Source: an uncultured Eubacteriales bacterium
GTDB taxonomy: Bacteria > Bacillota > Clostridia > Christensenellales > CAG-138
DNA length: 64,000 nucleotides
Direction of reading: 5' to 3'
Assembly (NCBI GenBank): GCA_902797145.1
Contig: CADBRR010000020.1
Location: 13,725 to 77,724, forward strand
Numbering within the stretch: position 1 is the stretch's first letter; each line of letters starts with the position of its first letter. Position numbers and translations under genes: made by a program. Below the pieces are notes generated by a model. It was not told where the DNA came from. It worked only from the letters and a program-made list of their open reading frames with translations, and ran no database searches. Positions 10,129-19,678 of this stretch are shown in pieces.

Positions 10129-11826
10129 TTACCTTACATTTAACGCTTCATTTATTACATTTTTGTAAGGTTCATCTATTTCAAATATCTCATATATAAT
10201 TTCATCAATCTCTAAAAGCGTTTTTGCATTGCTGTCCTTTATATATTCATCTGCAAGAGAGCATATATTTTTATCCTGCTCCTGCGTTATTGACGGGAAC
10301 GGAAGCTCCTCAAGGTTTCCTCGAAGCACCTTGACCTCGCCAAACATCTTTTTATAAAGATACCTGTAAAGCTTTGAATTTAAAAATGCCATAACAGTCT
10401 TTACCGACATATTTTCTATATCGGGAATAAGAATATTTGCGCTGTTTAAAAACAAGCTTTTTGTATTATCATATGCAAAAACCGGCATTGACGATATAAA
10501 CTTATATACGAGTTTTTCTTCTGCCCTGTAAATATCATCCCTTGCAGACTGCTGGAAATTATTTCTATCGTAGACGATATAATATTCGGGTTCTTTAAGC
10601 ACATACGGAAGAATATCCTTGCCCCTATATATCGGTTCCGTATTCTCTTTAATCGTCTTAAACAGCTTATTCTTATTGTCACCTGTTACTATTCCGAGCG
10701 CCCACGTGCTGTTTTTAAGCGAAAACTCGGATTTTGATTTAACCTTCCTTATTATATAAATATCGTCTGCGCTGAGTGGATTGAAAAACAGATTTTCCGT
10801 TTCATAAAACGCTTCAATCCTAACAGTTCTTTCATCAGAACCCTTTATGTATTTAAGCTCCTTTGACTTTACGCCTTTTATCGACGAAATATTGACGTGT
10901 GATGTTACAACGCCTGTAAACAGCCTATCATATTCAACTATGCGTTCAATTTCACAATTCTCTATTATAAATTTTCTAAGCTCCCTGTGCGCTTTAACAT
11001 TTAATACGGAAACAGGGAATAAAAACCTTATGCTTGCGTTATTTTTCAAAAGCTCAAACGCTTTGAAATAAAAATGTGTAAAAATCTCACCCGCTTTTTT
11101 ATGAACGCTACCCCACGGCGGATTTGTAACTATATAATCATATTTTCGTTTATCGAAATAATCAAGAAAATCAACACAAATTATATCGGGTTCAAACTCA
11201 ACATCTGAATATTTTAGAACAAGATTTATCTTTGCAATAAATACCGCAATTTTATCTGAATCAACACCATGCAATCGCATAGGATTATCGGTTTTTACCG
11301 CCATAAGATATGCTCCGCTTCCACAGCATGGATCTAAAAATTCCATATCGCCCGAAAGCGCTATATCGCAAACCATATCTTCAACTATGTTTTTCGGGGT
11401 ATAATACGAGCCTCGCTTGTTCTTCTCCCCCTCCGTCAAAATCGACTGATACAATATTCCAAGTATATCGTATTCATCGGGAAGCTGAATTTGTGTTAGC
11501 TCATCAATTACCTTAACATTATATTTTTTACAATACTCAGCAAGTATTTTCTTTATATTTGACTTTTCATATATGCCTTTTTTGATTAAAAGATTAATTG
11601 CAAGCGAATATATTACATCAAACACTTTAAATTCACAGAAGTCTTTTATAATATTTTCTATTATTTGAATATTTTCCGCATCCGTCAAATATTCAACAGG
11701 CACGAATCGCCTTGATGATTTCAGTTTATTTGCACGATTTGACAGTCTGCCCTCCGGATTTGTACTCAATCGTTCCCAATTCCTTGCAGTAGCATTTGAT
11801 ATGATACGGCTGCCTTTCTCTGCCAT
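10129..11826 (-). CDS. Orphan N6-adenine DNA methyltransferase (Eco57I/TaqI-like, with a TaqI-type C-terminal target-recognition domain)
   Basis: Motif I LDPCCGSGAYL, motif IV NPPWG. The C-terminus has GIVTGDNK...LNSKLYRYLY...LEELPFP. I chose the ATG at 11826, which has a GGGGGGA RBS. There is no nuclease domain or partner gene. Confidence 0.85.
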   Translation of the reverse strand: MAEKGSRIISNATARNWERLSTNPEGRLSNRANKLKSSRRFVPVEYLTDAENIQIIENIIKDFCEFKVFDVIYSLAINLLIKKGIYEKSNIKKILAEYCKKYNVKVIDELTQIQLPDEYDILGILYQSILTEGEKNKRGSYYTPKNIVEDMVCDIALSGDMEFLDPCCGSGAYLMAVKTDNPMRLHGVDSDKIAVFIAKINLVLKYSDVEFEPDIICVDFLDYFDKRKYDYIVTNPPWGSVHKKAGEIFTHFYFKAFELLKNNASIRFLFPVSVLNVKAHRELRKFIIENCEIERIVEYDRLFTGVVTSHVNISSIKGVKSKELKYIKGSDERTVRIEAFYETENLFFNPLSADDIYIIRKVKSKSEFSLKNSTWALGIVTGDNKNKLFKTIKENTEPIYRGKDILPYVLKEPEYYIVYDRNNFQQSARDDIYRAEEKLVYKFISSMPVFAYDNTKSLFLNSANILIPDIENMSVKTVMAFLNSKLYRYLYKKMFGEVKVLRGNLEELPFPSITQEQDKNICSLADEYIKDSNAKTLLEIDEIIYEIFEIDEPYKNVINEALNVR

Positions 11827-11871
11827 AAAAATTCCCCCCAACAGATAATTTACATCCCATCATTCTATGTT

Positions 11872-12858
11872 TTATTCAATTTCAAGCCGTTTTTCATTAA
11901 ACGTTATTTTAATTGTCGTTCCCTTATAAAGCTCGGAGTCGGCACTTATTTTATGCCCAAGCTTTGAGCAAATGCACTTTGTAAGATAAAGACCTATGCC
12001 GGTGGAGCTTTTTTCAATTCTTCCATTAAGCCCCGTATATCCGTTTTCAAATATTCTCGGCAAATCATCCTTTGCAATACCAATTCCCGTATCCGATATA
12101 AAGAGGGAATCGTCTTTAAAATATATAGATATTTTGCCTGCTTTCGTATATTTAAGCGAATTTGATATTATCTGTTCGATAACGAACAATAGTTGCTTTT
12201 CATCAGTAAGCACCACTTTATCAATCTTTTTGTAATCAAGCTCGATTTTTTTGCGAATAAACACAGATGAATATCTCCTGACCGCACTTTTTATAATTTT
12301 ATCGAGGTCATATTCCTTTATAATAAAATCGTTTGTATCAGAATTTATCCTTGCATATGCAAGAACCATATCAGCATATTGTTCAATACGCATAAGTTCC
12401 TGATTTAGCATCGTTTTTTCATCGCACTCACTCGTTTCAAGAATAAGCCGCATTGCAGAAATAGGTGTTTTTATCTGATGCGCCCATTTATTATAATAAT
12501 TTACCATATCATAATAACCGTTATCGTATTCTATCTTCATATCCCTTGCATTTTCAAACAATTGCTCGATTATCAATCTATAATCATCATCAATTATGTT
12601 TTCGCTTGCAGGCAGATTTTCAAGAGTATACACGATATTCTTTTGTGCGTTTAAAAGAGTTCTATGCTTTGATACAAATTTTACAAAATCATATATACCT
12701 ATTATTATTGCAAAAAATAAGCATACAGCTCCCTCATAAATTATTATATGCCAGTCCACATTGCAAAGTAAAGATACTATTACTACTGTAAGTGCGCATA
12801 GATTTACAAGAATCATCGGCAAAATATTAAGTTTTAGATATTTTATCAGCAGCTTCAT
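11872..12858 (-). CDS. BceS-type intramembrane-sensing histidine kinase
   Basis: 328 aa with two N-terminal TM helices and no extracellular domain. H-box WAHQIKTPI; ATPase motifs NSLKYT, DTGIGI, GTGIGLYL. Confidence 0.88.
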   Translation of the reverse strand: MKLLIKYLKLNILPMILVNLCALTVVIVSLLCNVDWHIIIYEGAVCLFFAIIIGIYDFVKFVSKHRTLLNAQKNIVYTLENLPASENIIDDDYRLIIEQLFENARDMKIEYDNGYYDMVNYYNKWAHQIKTPISAMRLILETSECDEKTMLNQELMRIEQYADMVLAYARINSDTNDFIIKEYDLDKIIKSAVRRYSSVFIRKKIELDYKKIDKVVLTDEKQLLFVIEQIISNSLKYTKAGKISIYFKDDSLFISDTGIGIAKDDLPRIFENGYTGLNGRIEKSSTGIGLYLTKCICSKLGHKISADSELYKGTTIKITFNEKRLEIE

Positions 12859-13532
12859 TGCATTTCTATTATATATCCAAGTCCCTTTTTCGTCGTTATA
12901 AATCCTGAAAGCTCTATAGAATCGAGCTTTTTCCTCAGCCTTGCGATATTGACTGTAAGCGTATTCTCATCAATGAAAATATCCGTTTCCCACAGCTTTT
13001 CCATAAGCTTTTCCCTCGAAACGATTTTTCCCTTATTTTCAAGCAAAAGTGAAAGTATCCTCAATTCATTGCGTGTAAGCGATAATTTTTCGCCCCCGTA
13101 TACAATTGAGCCCTCTAAAACATCAAGGACAGCTCCCCTATGTTCAAGAATCGGCTTTTTTTCTACATAGTTGCTATTTCGCCTCAATATTGCATTGATT
13201 TTTGCCATAAGAACATTCAAGTCAAACGGCTTCGTAATAAAATCATCGCCGCCCATGTTCATAGCCATAATTATGTTCATATTATCCGATTGACTTGATA
13301 TGAACACGACCGGGACCTGCGAGCTTTTGCGTATCAGCTGAAGCCAATAATAACCATTATAGAACGGAAGAGATATGTCCATAAGTACAAGGTCGGGCAT
13401 AAACGCATCAAATTCGTCTTTTACGCACGCAAGGTTATGTGCGCATAACGCACTATAACCCCATTTTTCAAGATGTTTTTCAATAGCTGATGCAATTATT
13501 TCGTCATCTTCAACAATAAAAATCTTGTACAT
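12855..13532 (-). CDS. OmpR-family response regulator (BceR-like)
   Basis: MYKIFIVEDDE...DLVLMDISLP receiver domain plus a winged-helix C-terminus (TLTVNIARLRKK). Internal ATG at 13532 chosen. It overlaps the HK gene by 4 nt. Confidence 0.9.
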   Translation of the reverse strand: MYKIFIVEDDEIIASAIEKHLEKWGYSALCAHNLACVKDEFDAFMPDLVLMDISLPFYNGYYWLQLIRKSSQVPVVFISSQSDNMNIIMAMNMGGDDFITKPFDLNVLMAKINAILRRNSNYVEKKPILEHRGAVLDVLEGSIVYGGEKLSLTRNELRILSLLLENKGKIVSREKLMEKLWETDIFIDENTLTVNIARLRKKLDSIELSGFITTKKGLGYIIEMQ

Positions 13533-13536
13533 AGCT

Positions 13537-13998
13537 CTATTCGTGAATTTTCCCTTTTGCGGTAACTTCGTCCATACTGATTTTATAAATCGCAGTCCTT
13601 GAAATACTTCTTGCAATCGCATTATCAAAATCGGGCATATTTGACGGGCAGAACCTTTCGCAAAGCGCCCTGAGCGCCTCGATTTTTTCGTTTATATCGG
13701 TAATTTCTACTGCTTTGCCCTTTACTATTGCAGATTTATAGTATGTTGTAAATTTATCGAGCGCAGGCTCAACATCGTATACAAACGATACGCATACATC
13801 GCCTGAACGCTTCAATATATCGCACTTTCTACCCTCCATTGCGCTATGGAAATAAAGGTTTTCGCCTATCCTCGTTATCGTAAGCGGAATAGCATACGGC
13901 ATATTATTTTCATCTACAAACGATGCAACAGCATACGGCGCATTATCAATAACATCAAGTGCGAAATTATAATCTCTTTCCCTATCTTTTCTTCTCAT
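13537..13998 (-). CDS. Pyridoxamine 5'-phosphate oxidase family (FMN-binding split-barrel) protein
   Basis: 153 aa; MRRKDRE...LPLYFHSA-type pattern typical of the PNPOx-like family. Confidence 0.75.
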   Translation of the reverse strand: MRRKDRERDYNFALDVIDNAPYAVASFVDENNMPYAIPLTITRIGENLYFHSAMEGRKCDILKRSGDVCVSFVYDVEPALDKFTTYYKSAIVKGKAVEITDINEKIEALRALCERFCPSNMPDFDNAIARSISRTAIYKISMDEVTAKGKIHE

Positions 13999-14115
13999 AT
14001 TTTACTCCTTAATTGCCAGAAAAGTAATTATTAGATATATTTTATACTTAATTAAAGTTATTGTCCACACTTTTTAAGCATAAAATGTCCATCATAATAA
14101 AGAACACGCTTTAAC

Positions 14116-14574
14116 TCAATCTAAGCCATGTTCTTTATTATAATCGCAAGCAAAGCACAAATTATTTTCGCCACGATCTGCGTACATTCCACAATTCGGG
14201 CAAGTTCGCATAGCAGCACGCAATTCGGCATTTTCAGCGGCAGAATATGGTCTTGTCCCATGATAGCCCGTTCCACGAAGTTGTTCTGCCTCTTCTTTTG
14301 TAAGTGCTTTCTTTGTATTATACTTTTTCCTTTCTACGGAACTATCGTGTTCAGATGAGTGGTTTGCACTTCTATCAAGGTGTTCAATGCAAAATCTATC
14401 GTCCCAGTTAGGATAAACAGGTCTTTTTCCACAACCATATACACGGCATATAATGTCCGAGCCGTCGTAATTATGCCACACGTCTTTTGAATTGTTATTA
14501 TTTGATATAAGCGCAAGAACCACCACGATAGCGATTATACTAAAAATAAATATTATTGTTTTCTTCGAATCCAT
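14116..14574 (-). CDS. Hypothetical TM-anchored Cys-rich protein with two zinc-knuckle/ribbon-like motifs
   Basis: 152 aa with an N-terminal TM helix. Cys motifs are CRVYGCG...CIEH and CPNCG...CFAC. No family recognised. Confidence 0.6.
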   Translation of the reverse strand: MDSKKTIIFIFSIIAIVVVLALISNNNNSKDVWHNYDGSDIICRVYGCGKRPVYPNWDDRFCIEHLDRSANHSSEHDSSVERKKYNTKKALTKEEAEQLRGTGYHGTRPYSAAENAELRAAMRTCPNCGMYADRGENNLCFACDYNKEHGLD

Positions 14575-14575
14575 T

Positions 14576-15076
14576 TTAACACCTTAATTTAAACATTTTA
14601 TACAATTCATATTGAGCATTTCCTTCACGTGGAGGGAACATTCTCGATTCTGCTTCATCTAGTGAAACCCAGCTTGCCATATCAACTTCTTTAGATAATG
14701 AAAATGCTCTCTTTTTTGTTCTGCCGATAAAACCATGCATAAGCTGTTGTCCTTTTTCAAACCAATAAGTTCCAGCATATTCTAGTGAATCGAGTTTTAC
14801 TCCTATTTCTTCTTCAACTTCCCTATACGCAGTTTTTTCAGCATTTTCGCCCGGTTTTATATAACCGGCAACAAACGTTTCAAAAACATCTGAAATATAG
14901 CTTTGTTTGAGCAAAACTATTTCATCATACTCATTTGCAACAAGGATTATAACGCAACTTGCAAACGAATCAAACCAATACTTTTTACAACTATCACAAT
15001 ATGGTACAAGTCCCTCATCGCCCGCTTCTTTATCAACGAGTTTTTTGCCACATTCCGGGCAGAATTTATAACGCAT
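14576..15076 (-). CDS. NUDIX hydrolase with an N-terminal zinc ribbon (NudC-like architecture)
   Basis: CPECG...CDSC ribbon. Nudix box GYIKPGENAEKTAYREVEEEIGV. Confidence 0.85.
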   Translation of the reverse strand: MRYKFCPECGKKLVDKEAGDEGLVPYCDSCKKYWFDSFASCVIILVANEYDEIVLLKQSYISDVFETFVAGYIKPGENAEKTAYREVEEEIGVKLDSLEYAGTYWFEKGQQLMHGFIGRTKKRAFSLSKEVDMASWVSLDEAESRMFPPREGNAQYELYKMFKLRC

Positions 15077-15568
15077 TTATTTGCTCCTTCTTTCAAGCTC
15101 CAATAGATATTTCTTTCTGTCAAGCCCGCCTGCATAGCCTGTAAGCGAACCATCTTTTCCGATAATTCTGTGACATGGAATGATTATAGAAATCGGATTA
15201 TGTGAAATTGCCCCTGCAACAGCCTGACACGATTTACAGCCAATACTATCTGCAATAAATTTATAGGTTCTCACCTCTCCATAAGGAATTTTCATTAGCT
15301 CATCAAGCACTTTCTTTGAAAATTCGCTTACATCTAAATAAATATCAAATTCCCATTCCGTTTTCTTGCCTAAAAAATAATCATCAAGGCATGATTTTAT
15401 ATCATCGTTTGATAAAAGCACATCACATTCGAGCAATTTTATATCAAAATGCTTTTGATTTTCAAACCACAACCCTGAAACTGCAATCTTATCATTTTCT
15501 ATAAAATACCTTACATAAATCTTGCCAATAAGGCTGCCCATCGGGCTATAATACACAAAATAATTCAT
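15077..15568 (-). CDS. ogt: Methylated-DNA--protein-cysteine methyltransferase
   Basis: Active-site IIIPCHRIIG, then GYAGGLDRKKYLLELE. Confidence 0.9.
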   Translation of the reverse strand: MNYFVYYSPMGSLIGKIYVRYFIENDKIAVSGLWFENQKHFDIKLLECDVLLSNDDIKSCLDDYFLGKKTEWEFDIYLDVSEFSKKVLDELMKIPYGEVRTYKFIADSIGCKSCQAVAGAISHNPISIIIPCHRIIGKDGSLTGYAGGLDRKKYLLELERRSK

Positions 15569-18192
15569 TAAAATAATCCTGCAACAAATCTTAATACGAG
15601 CGTTGCGTCAGAACTATCTATTATTTTATCAGCATTCATATCTGCTGCAAGCTCTTTTCCGCCTGAAAGAATATCAAGCTTTGCAACATGGCGAAGAATA
15701 ACGGTTGCATCTGCGCTGTCGATAACATTATCAATATTTGCATCGCCCCTTAACGCATATATAGCTGTTATAACTGTATCGCCTGTTATATTTGAAAAAT
15801 CCTTATTCCAGCCTATAAATACTTTATCATCAAATTCGGGCGGTATGGGCGCAGTAACCTTTTCGCCATCAAGAATATGATATTCCGATATAACCGTATT
15901 ATCATCGAGCATAAACATTACAACATAATATTCTGCATCTTTTTCATAATAAAGCTTTATATTTATTGCCTTATCCTCACTTGCATAGAACAAGAATCCG
16001 TCATTTAGGAAAGCTAAATATTTATCCTCATATTTAAGCTGCATTTTATTAAAATCGTATTCAAATTCGCTTATTGGCATTTCGCTAAAACCAATTCTCC
16101 CGTTTGAATCAATATCCATATAACCTACTGCATCGTTATATATATAGTATTTATCGTTATTTTTGATAAAGCTCCATTCATATTCAAACAAGTATGCGCC
16201 CGTAAGCGTTTCTCCATCAAGCATAGCAGGATAATGCGCTATAACATTGCCTCCAATCTTCGTGTTTGTAAGCACGAGATTATTATATGCCATAACATAT
16301 TTTTTGTTCTCATCTATCAATTCTTTTTCATAAGTATATTCAGCCTTATTTCTGACCTCAATGCGGCACGTATCCTTGTATTCTCCATCAGCAGTTATTA
16401 TTGTTATAAATGCTTCACCGGCATTTACCGACGTTATCTCGCCGCCTTTTGATACCTTTACAACACCTTCATCGCTCGATTCAAATTTAACATCCTGATA
16501 GCTTGCGTTCAACGGATATATATCATAATATAAAATTTTCTTATATCCACCTTTTAATATTTTTATTTCATCGAGCGCAAACTTAACGGAGTCAACAGGC
16601 ACATATTTTACATTTACTTTAACAATGCCTTTATATTCCGCTTTGCTTTGTTTATCAATGCCTTTTATGATTATGTTCGTTTCGCCCTCGCCTATTCCCT
16701 CAACAACGCCACGACTGCTCACTTTTGCAATCGCTTGATTTTCACTTTCATAAGTTACTAAATAATCCTCAGCATACACGGGTGTCGTTATATATTCTAT
16801 CTGTGCTGTTTCTCCAATATTGACTTCTATCTCTGAATTTACGGCTTCAATACCCTCGATTTTCCTATCGAGTGTCAACACAAAATCGCCATCGCCTGCC
16901 AAACAAGCATAGGCAATTTCGTCCATATCGTATTCGTATTCTTCATCAACATAGTCCGTTTCACCGCAGACGCTCTTTGCATATTCGAGCGCCTCTTCGT
17001 AAGTATTGCCCCTCGTTCTATCATTATCGTTTTGGGCAACCATATATGACCATATATATTTGCACATATTGTTCTCATACTCAAACGATACGGGATTTAC
17101 ATAACCTATATATGCAACACCGCCAAGATTGAGCAACGGTTTGTAAAGCGCATTTGTTGTAAAACCATCACATATTCCAAAGTAAAATACAGTTTTATTA
17201 AATTCCCTTTTTTCCTGCTTATAGTATTTTGTAAAATAACTTCCTGTTATTCCTATCTGACCTCCGCCTACCTGAATTATTCTGCCTGCGCTTAAATCGC
17301 TCGAATCGTAACCTTCCCCGTCCATAATTGCGATATACGACTTATCAAACGCATATATGCCATGGCTATCAACAAGTATTATTCCGCTCTTATAAAAATT
17401 TTCACGAAGCGCAAGCGGATTTGCTTCTCCGTCTTTAAGATCAACGATATTGCCATGAGTTACACTTGAAATGTTCTCTGCCATTTGAATATATAAATCC
17501 TGATAAAATCCGACCTGGCCGCTGTTTCTATATGGTCTTACAACGAGTATATCGGGATTTTCCCATGTAGGGTATGATTTTAACTTAACTTCGCTCTCAT
17601 AATTATTTACCATCTCGTTTTCAAGCGAAATATCAACAACGCCTGAAATTCCCGATTTCATTGTAAATTCAACTGTTTTTAAGCCTTTTGTTGATTTAGA
17701 AATTCCGTTTTGGACACCGATAAGTGTATCTATAAGCACGAGCTGGATTTGTTCATCTATGCCCATATCGTCAGCTTCTTCTCTTAAATCATATATGTTT
17801 TCCCACACTTTCTGGGCTTTTTCCATATCCTCTTTTGTTATATCATCATAAAAGCCAATTTCAAACGCATCGCTCTTTACGCCTGAACACACAGCATAAT
17901 AAGAATGTACGCAAATGTTTTCCTCATAAAGCTCTGCGCTTGAAGAATACTCATTTTCGCCAACCTTATCGAGCTTTACAACAAAATTATCCTGTTCATC
18001 ATATACAAAAATGTCATATGCGCCTATATTTTCCATAATCGCAGTAAATGTTACTGTTGTTTTATTTAATATATGTACATCAAATGTATCAGCTTCAAAC
18101 GATACAAATTGCGCATTATTGTCAGCCATTACGGGCATAACAAGATTTAGCAATACAATAATCACAATACAAATAGAAACTAACTTCTTCAT
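15568..18192 (-). CDS. Secreted multidomain dockerin protein: N-terminal region with a possible caspase-like fold, 2x Big_2, Listeria-Bacteroides repeat, type-I dockerin
   Basis: Signal peptide MKKLVSICIVIIVLLNLVMPVMA (ATG 18192, GGGAG RBS). Big_2-like segments (QAIAKVSSRGVVEGIGEGETNIII; EGVVKVSKGGEITSVNAGEAFITI). FIGWNKDFSNITGDTVITAIY repeat. C-terminal GDANIDNVIDSADAT...DMNADKIIDSSDAT dockerin duplication. Confidence 0.85.
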   Translation of the reverse strand: MKKLVSICIVIIVLLNLVMPVMADNNAQFVSFEADTFDVHILNKTTVTFTAIMENIGAYDIFVYDEQDNFVVKLDKVGENEYSSSAELYEENICVHSYYAVCSGVKSDAFEIGFYDDITKEDMEKAQKVWENIYDLREEADDMGIDEQIQLVLIDTLIGVQNGISKSTKGLKTVEFTMKSGISGVVDISLENEMVNNYESEVKLKSYPTWENPDILVVRPYRNSGQVGFYQDLYIQMAENISSVTHGNIVDLKDGEANPLALRENFYKSGIILVDSHGIYAFDKSYIAIMDGEGYDSSDLSAGRIIQVGGGQIGITGSYFTKYYKQEKREFNKTVFYFGICDGFTTNALYKPLLNLGGVAYIGYVNPVSFEYENNMCKYIWSYMVAQNDNDRTRGNTYEEALEYAKSVCGETDYVDEEYEYDMDEIAYACLAGDGDFVLTLDRKIEGIEAVNSEIEVNIGETAQIEYITTPVYAEDYLVTYESENQAIAKVSSRGVVEGIGEGETNIIIKGIDKQSKAEYKGIVKVNVKYVPVDSVKFALDEIKILKGGYKKILYYDIYPLNASYQDVKFESSDEGVVKVSKGGEITSVNAGEAFITIITADGEYKDTCRIEVRNKAEYTYEKELIDENKKYVMAYNNLVLTNTKIGGNVIAHYPAMLDGETLTGAYLFEYEWSFIKNNDKYYIYNDAVGYMDIDSNGRIGFSEMPISEFEYDFNKMQLKYEDKYLAFLNDGFLFYASEDKAINIKLYYEKDAEYYVVMFMLDDNTVISEYHILDGEKVTAPIPPEFDDKVFIGWNKDFSNITGDTVITAIYALRGDANIDNVIDSADATVILRHVAKLDILSGGKELAADMNADKIIDSSDATLVLRFVAGLF

Positions 18193-18320
18193 ACTAATAC
18201 TCCCTAAAAAACTTCGACATTTCATTTGATAATTTAATTTATTTTATCATTTTTACAATATAAAATCAATCAATTGCACAAATTACCAATTTATTATATA
18301 ATAAAAACTGAGGTGAATTT

Positions 18321-19658
18321 ATGAAACGCAAATCAAAAGTTCAAATAACGCCTGTGCAGGCATTGCTCATAGGTTTTTTTATAGTAATAATAATGGGTAC
18401 ACTGCTTCTTATGTTGCCGATTTCCGTTAAAGGCGACAAACCGCTATCGTTTCTTGACGCTATGTTTACAGCTACAAGCGCATCGTGCGTAACAGGGCTT
18501 ACAGTTGCAGATACAGGTAGCTTTTTCTCGTCATTTGGGCAAGTTGTAATACTATTTCTTATTCAGCTTGGCGGACTTGGTTTTATGACTATTGCAGCAT
18601 ATGCAATAACGCTGTTTGGCAAAAATCTTTCGCTTACTGAGAGAATGACTGTTGCGGAGGGGCTTGGCGAATCTTCGTCGGCTTTTGCGGTTAGAATTGC
18701 AAAGACTGCAACGACTATAACTTTCATTTCTGAAGGGATAGGCGCAATTCTTTTAAGCATAAGATTTATACCGGCTTACGGTGTTGGAAACGGAATATTT
18801 TACAGCATATTCCACAGCATTTCTGCGTTCTGCAACGCAGGATTTGATGTGTTTGGTTACGGCGACTCACTCGTTCGCTTTCAATCAGATGCGTTTATAA
18901 ACATTGTGCTTATAGCGCTTATAATTACAGGCGGACTTGGGTTTATGGTTATTGCGGACTTGAATCCGTTTAAGAAAAAGCTGAGGCTCAAGGTTCAAAC
19001 AAAAGTAGTACTTATAGCAACTGCGATTTTTATATTCGTACCAGCTTTATTGTTCCTTATTTTTGAATACAATAATCCTGAAACAATGGGTAATATGGCT
19101 TTTCCTCAAAAAATGCTTTCGTCCATTTTTCAATCGGTTACTTGCAGAACAGCAGGCTTTGATGCAATAGGTCAGGCGAATTTAACCGAGCAGAGCAAGC
19201 TTTTATCTTCCGCCCTTATGATAACGGGCGGTGCGCCATCGGGAACGGCAGGCGGTATTAAAATAACTACCGTTTCAATACTTATTCTAACTGCAATAAC
19301 ATATATAAAGGGCAGGAAAGATACTGTTATTTTTAAGAGAAGAATATCTCACGACGCTACAAAGCGTGCGCTGAGCGTTTTCGTGTTTGCGCTTTCGCTC
19401 GCATTCATAGCTGCAATGGTTATTATGTGCGTTGAATCATCTTCACTTGCAGATGCTATGTTTGAAACTGTTTCTGCGCTCGGAACTACGGGACTTTCTG
19501 TCGGCATTTCATCTCAGGCAGAAGCAATTTCTAAAATTACGCTGATACTGCTTATGTATATAGGAAGAGTTGGGATACTTTCATTTACTGTCGGGCTTGT
19601 AAAGAGCGATGATGGAGGCAGATATATAAATTATCCTTATGAGGATTTAATGGTTTAA
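18321..19658 (+). CDS. ktrB: Potassium uptake protein, TrkH/KtrB family
   Basis: 445 aa, multi-pass, with repeated pore-loop glycines (TGLT, NAGFD, RTAGFD, GTTGLS). GGTG RBS. Confidence 0.9.
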   Translation: MKRKSKVQITPVQALLIGFFIVIIMGTLLLMLPISVKGDKPLSFLDAMFTATSASCVTGLTVADTGSFFSSFGQVVILFLIQLGGLGFMTIAAYAITLFGKNLSLTERMTVAEGLGESSSAFAVRIAKTATTITFISEGIGAILLSIRFIPAYGVGNGIFYSIFHSISAFCNAGFDVFGYGDSLVRFQSDAFINIVLIALIITGGLGFMVIADLNPFKKKLRLKVQTKVVLIATAIFIFVPALLFLIFEYNNPETMGNMAFPQKMLSSIFQSVTCRTAGFDAIGQANLTEQSKLLSSALMITGGAPSGTAGGIKITTVSILILTAITYIKGRKDTVIFKRRISHDATKRALSVFVFALSLAFIAAMVIMCVESSSLADAMFETVSALGTTGLSVGISSQAEAISKITLILLMYIGRVGILSFTVGLVKSDDGGRYINYPYEDLMV

Positions 19659-19678
19659 AATAATAGGAGGTTGAAGTA

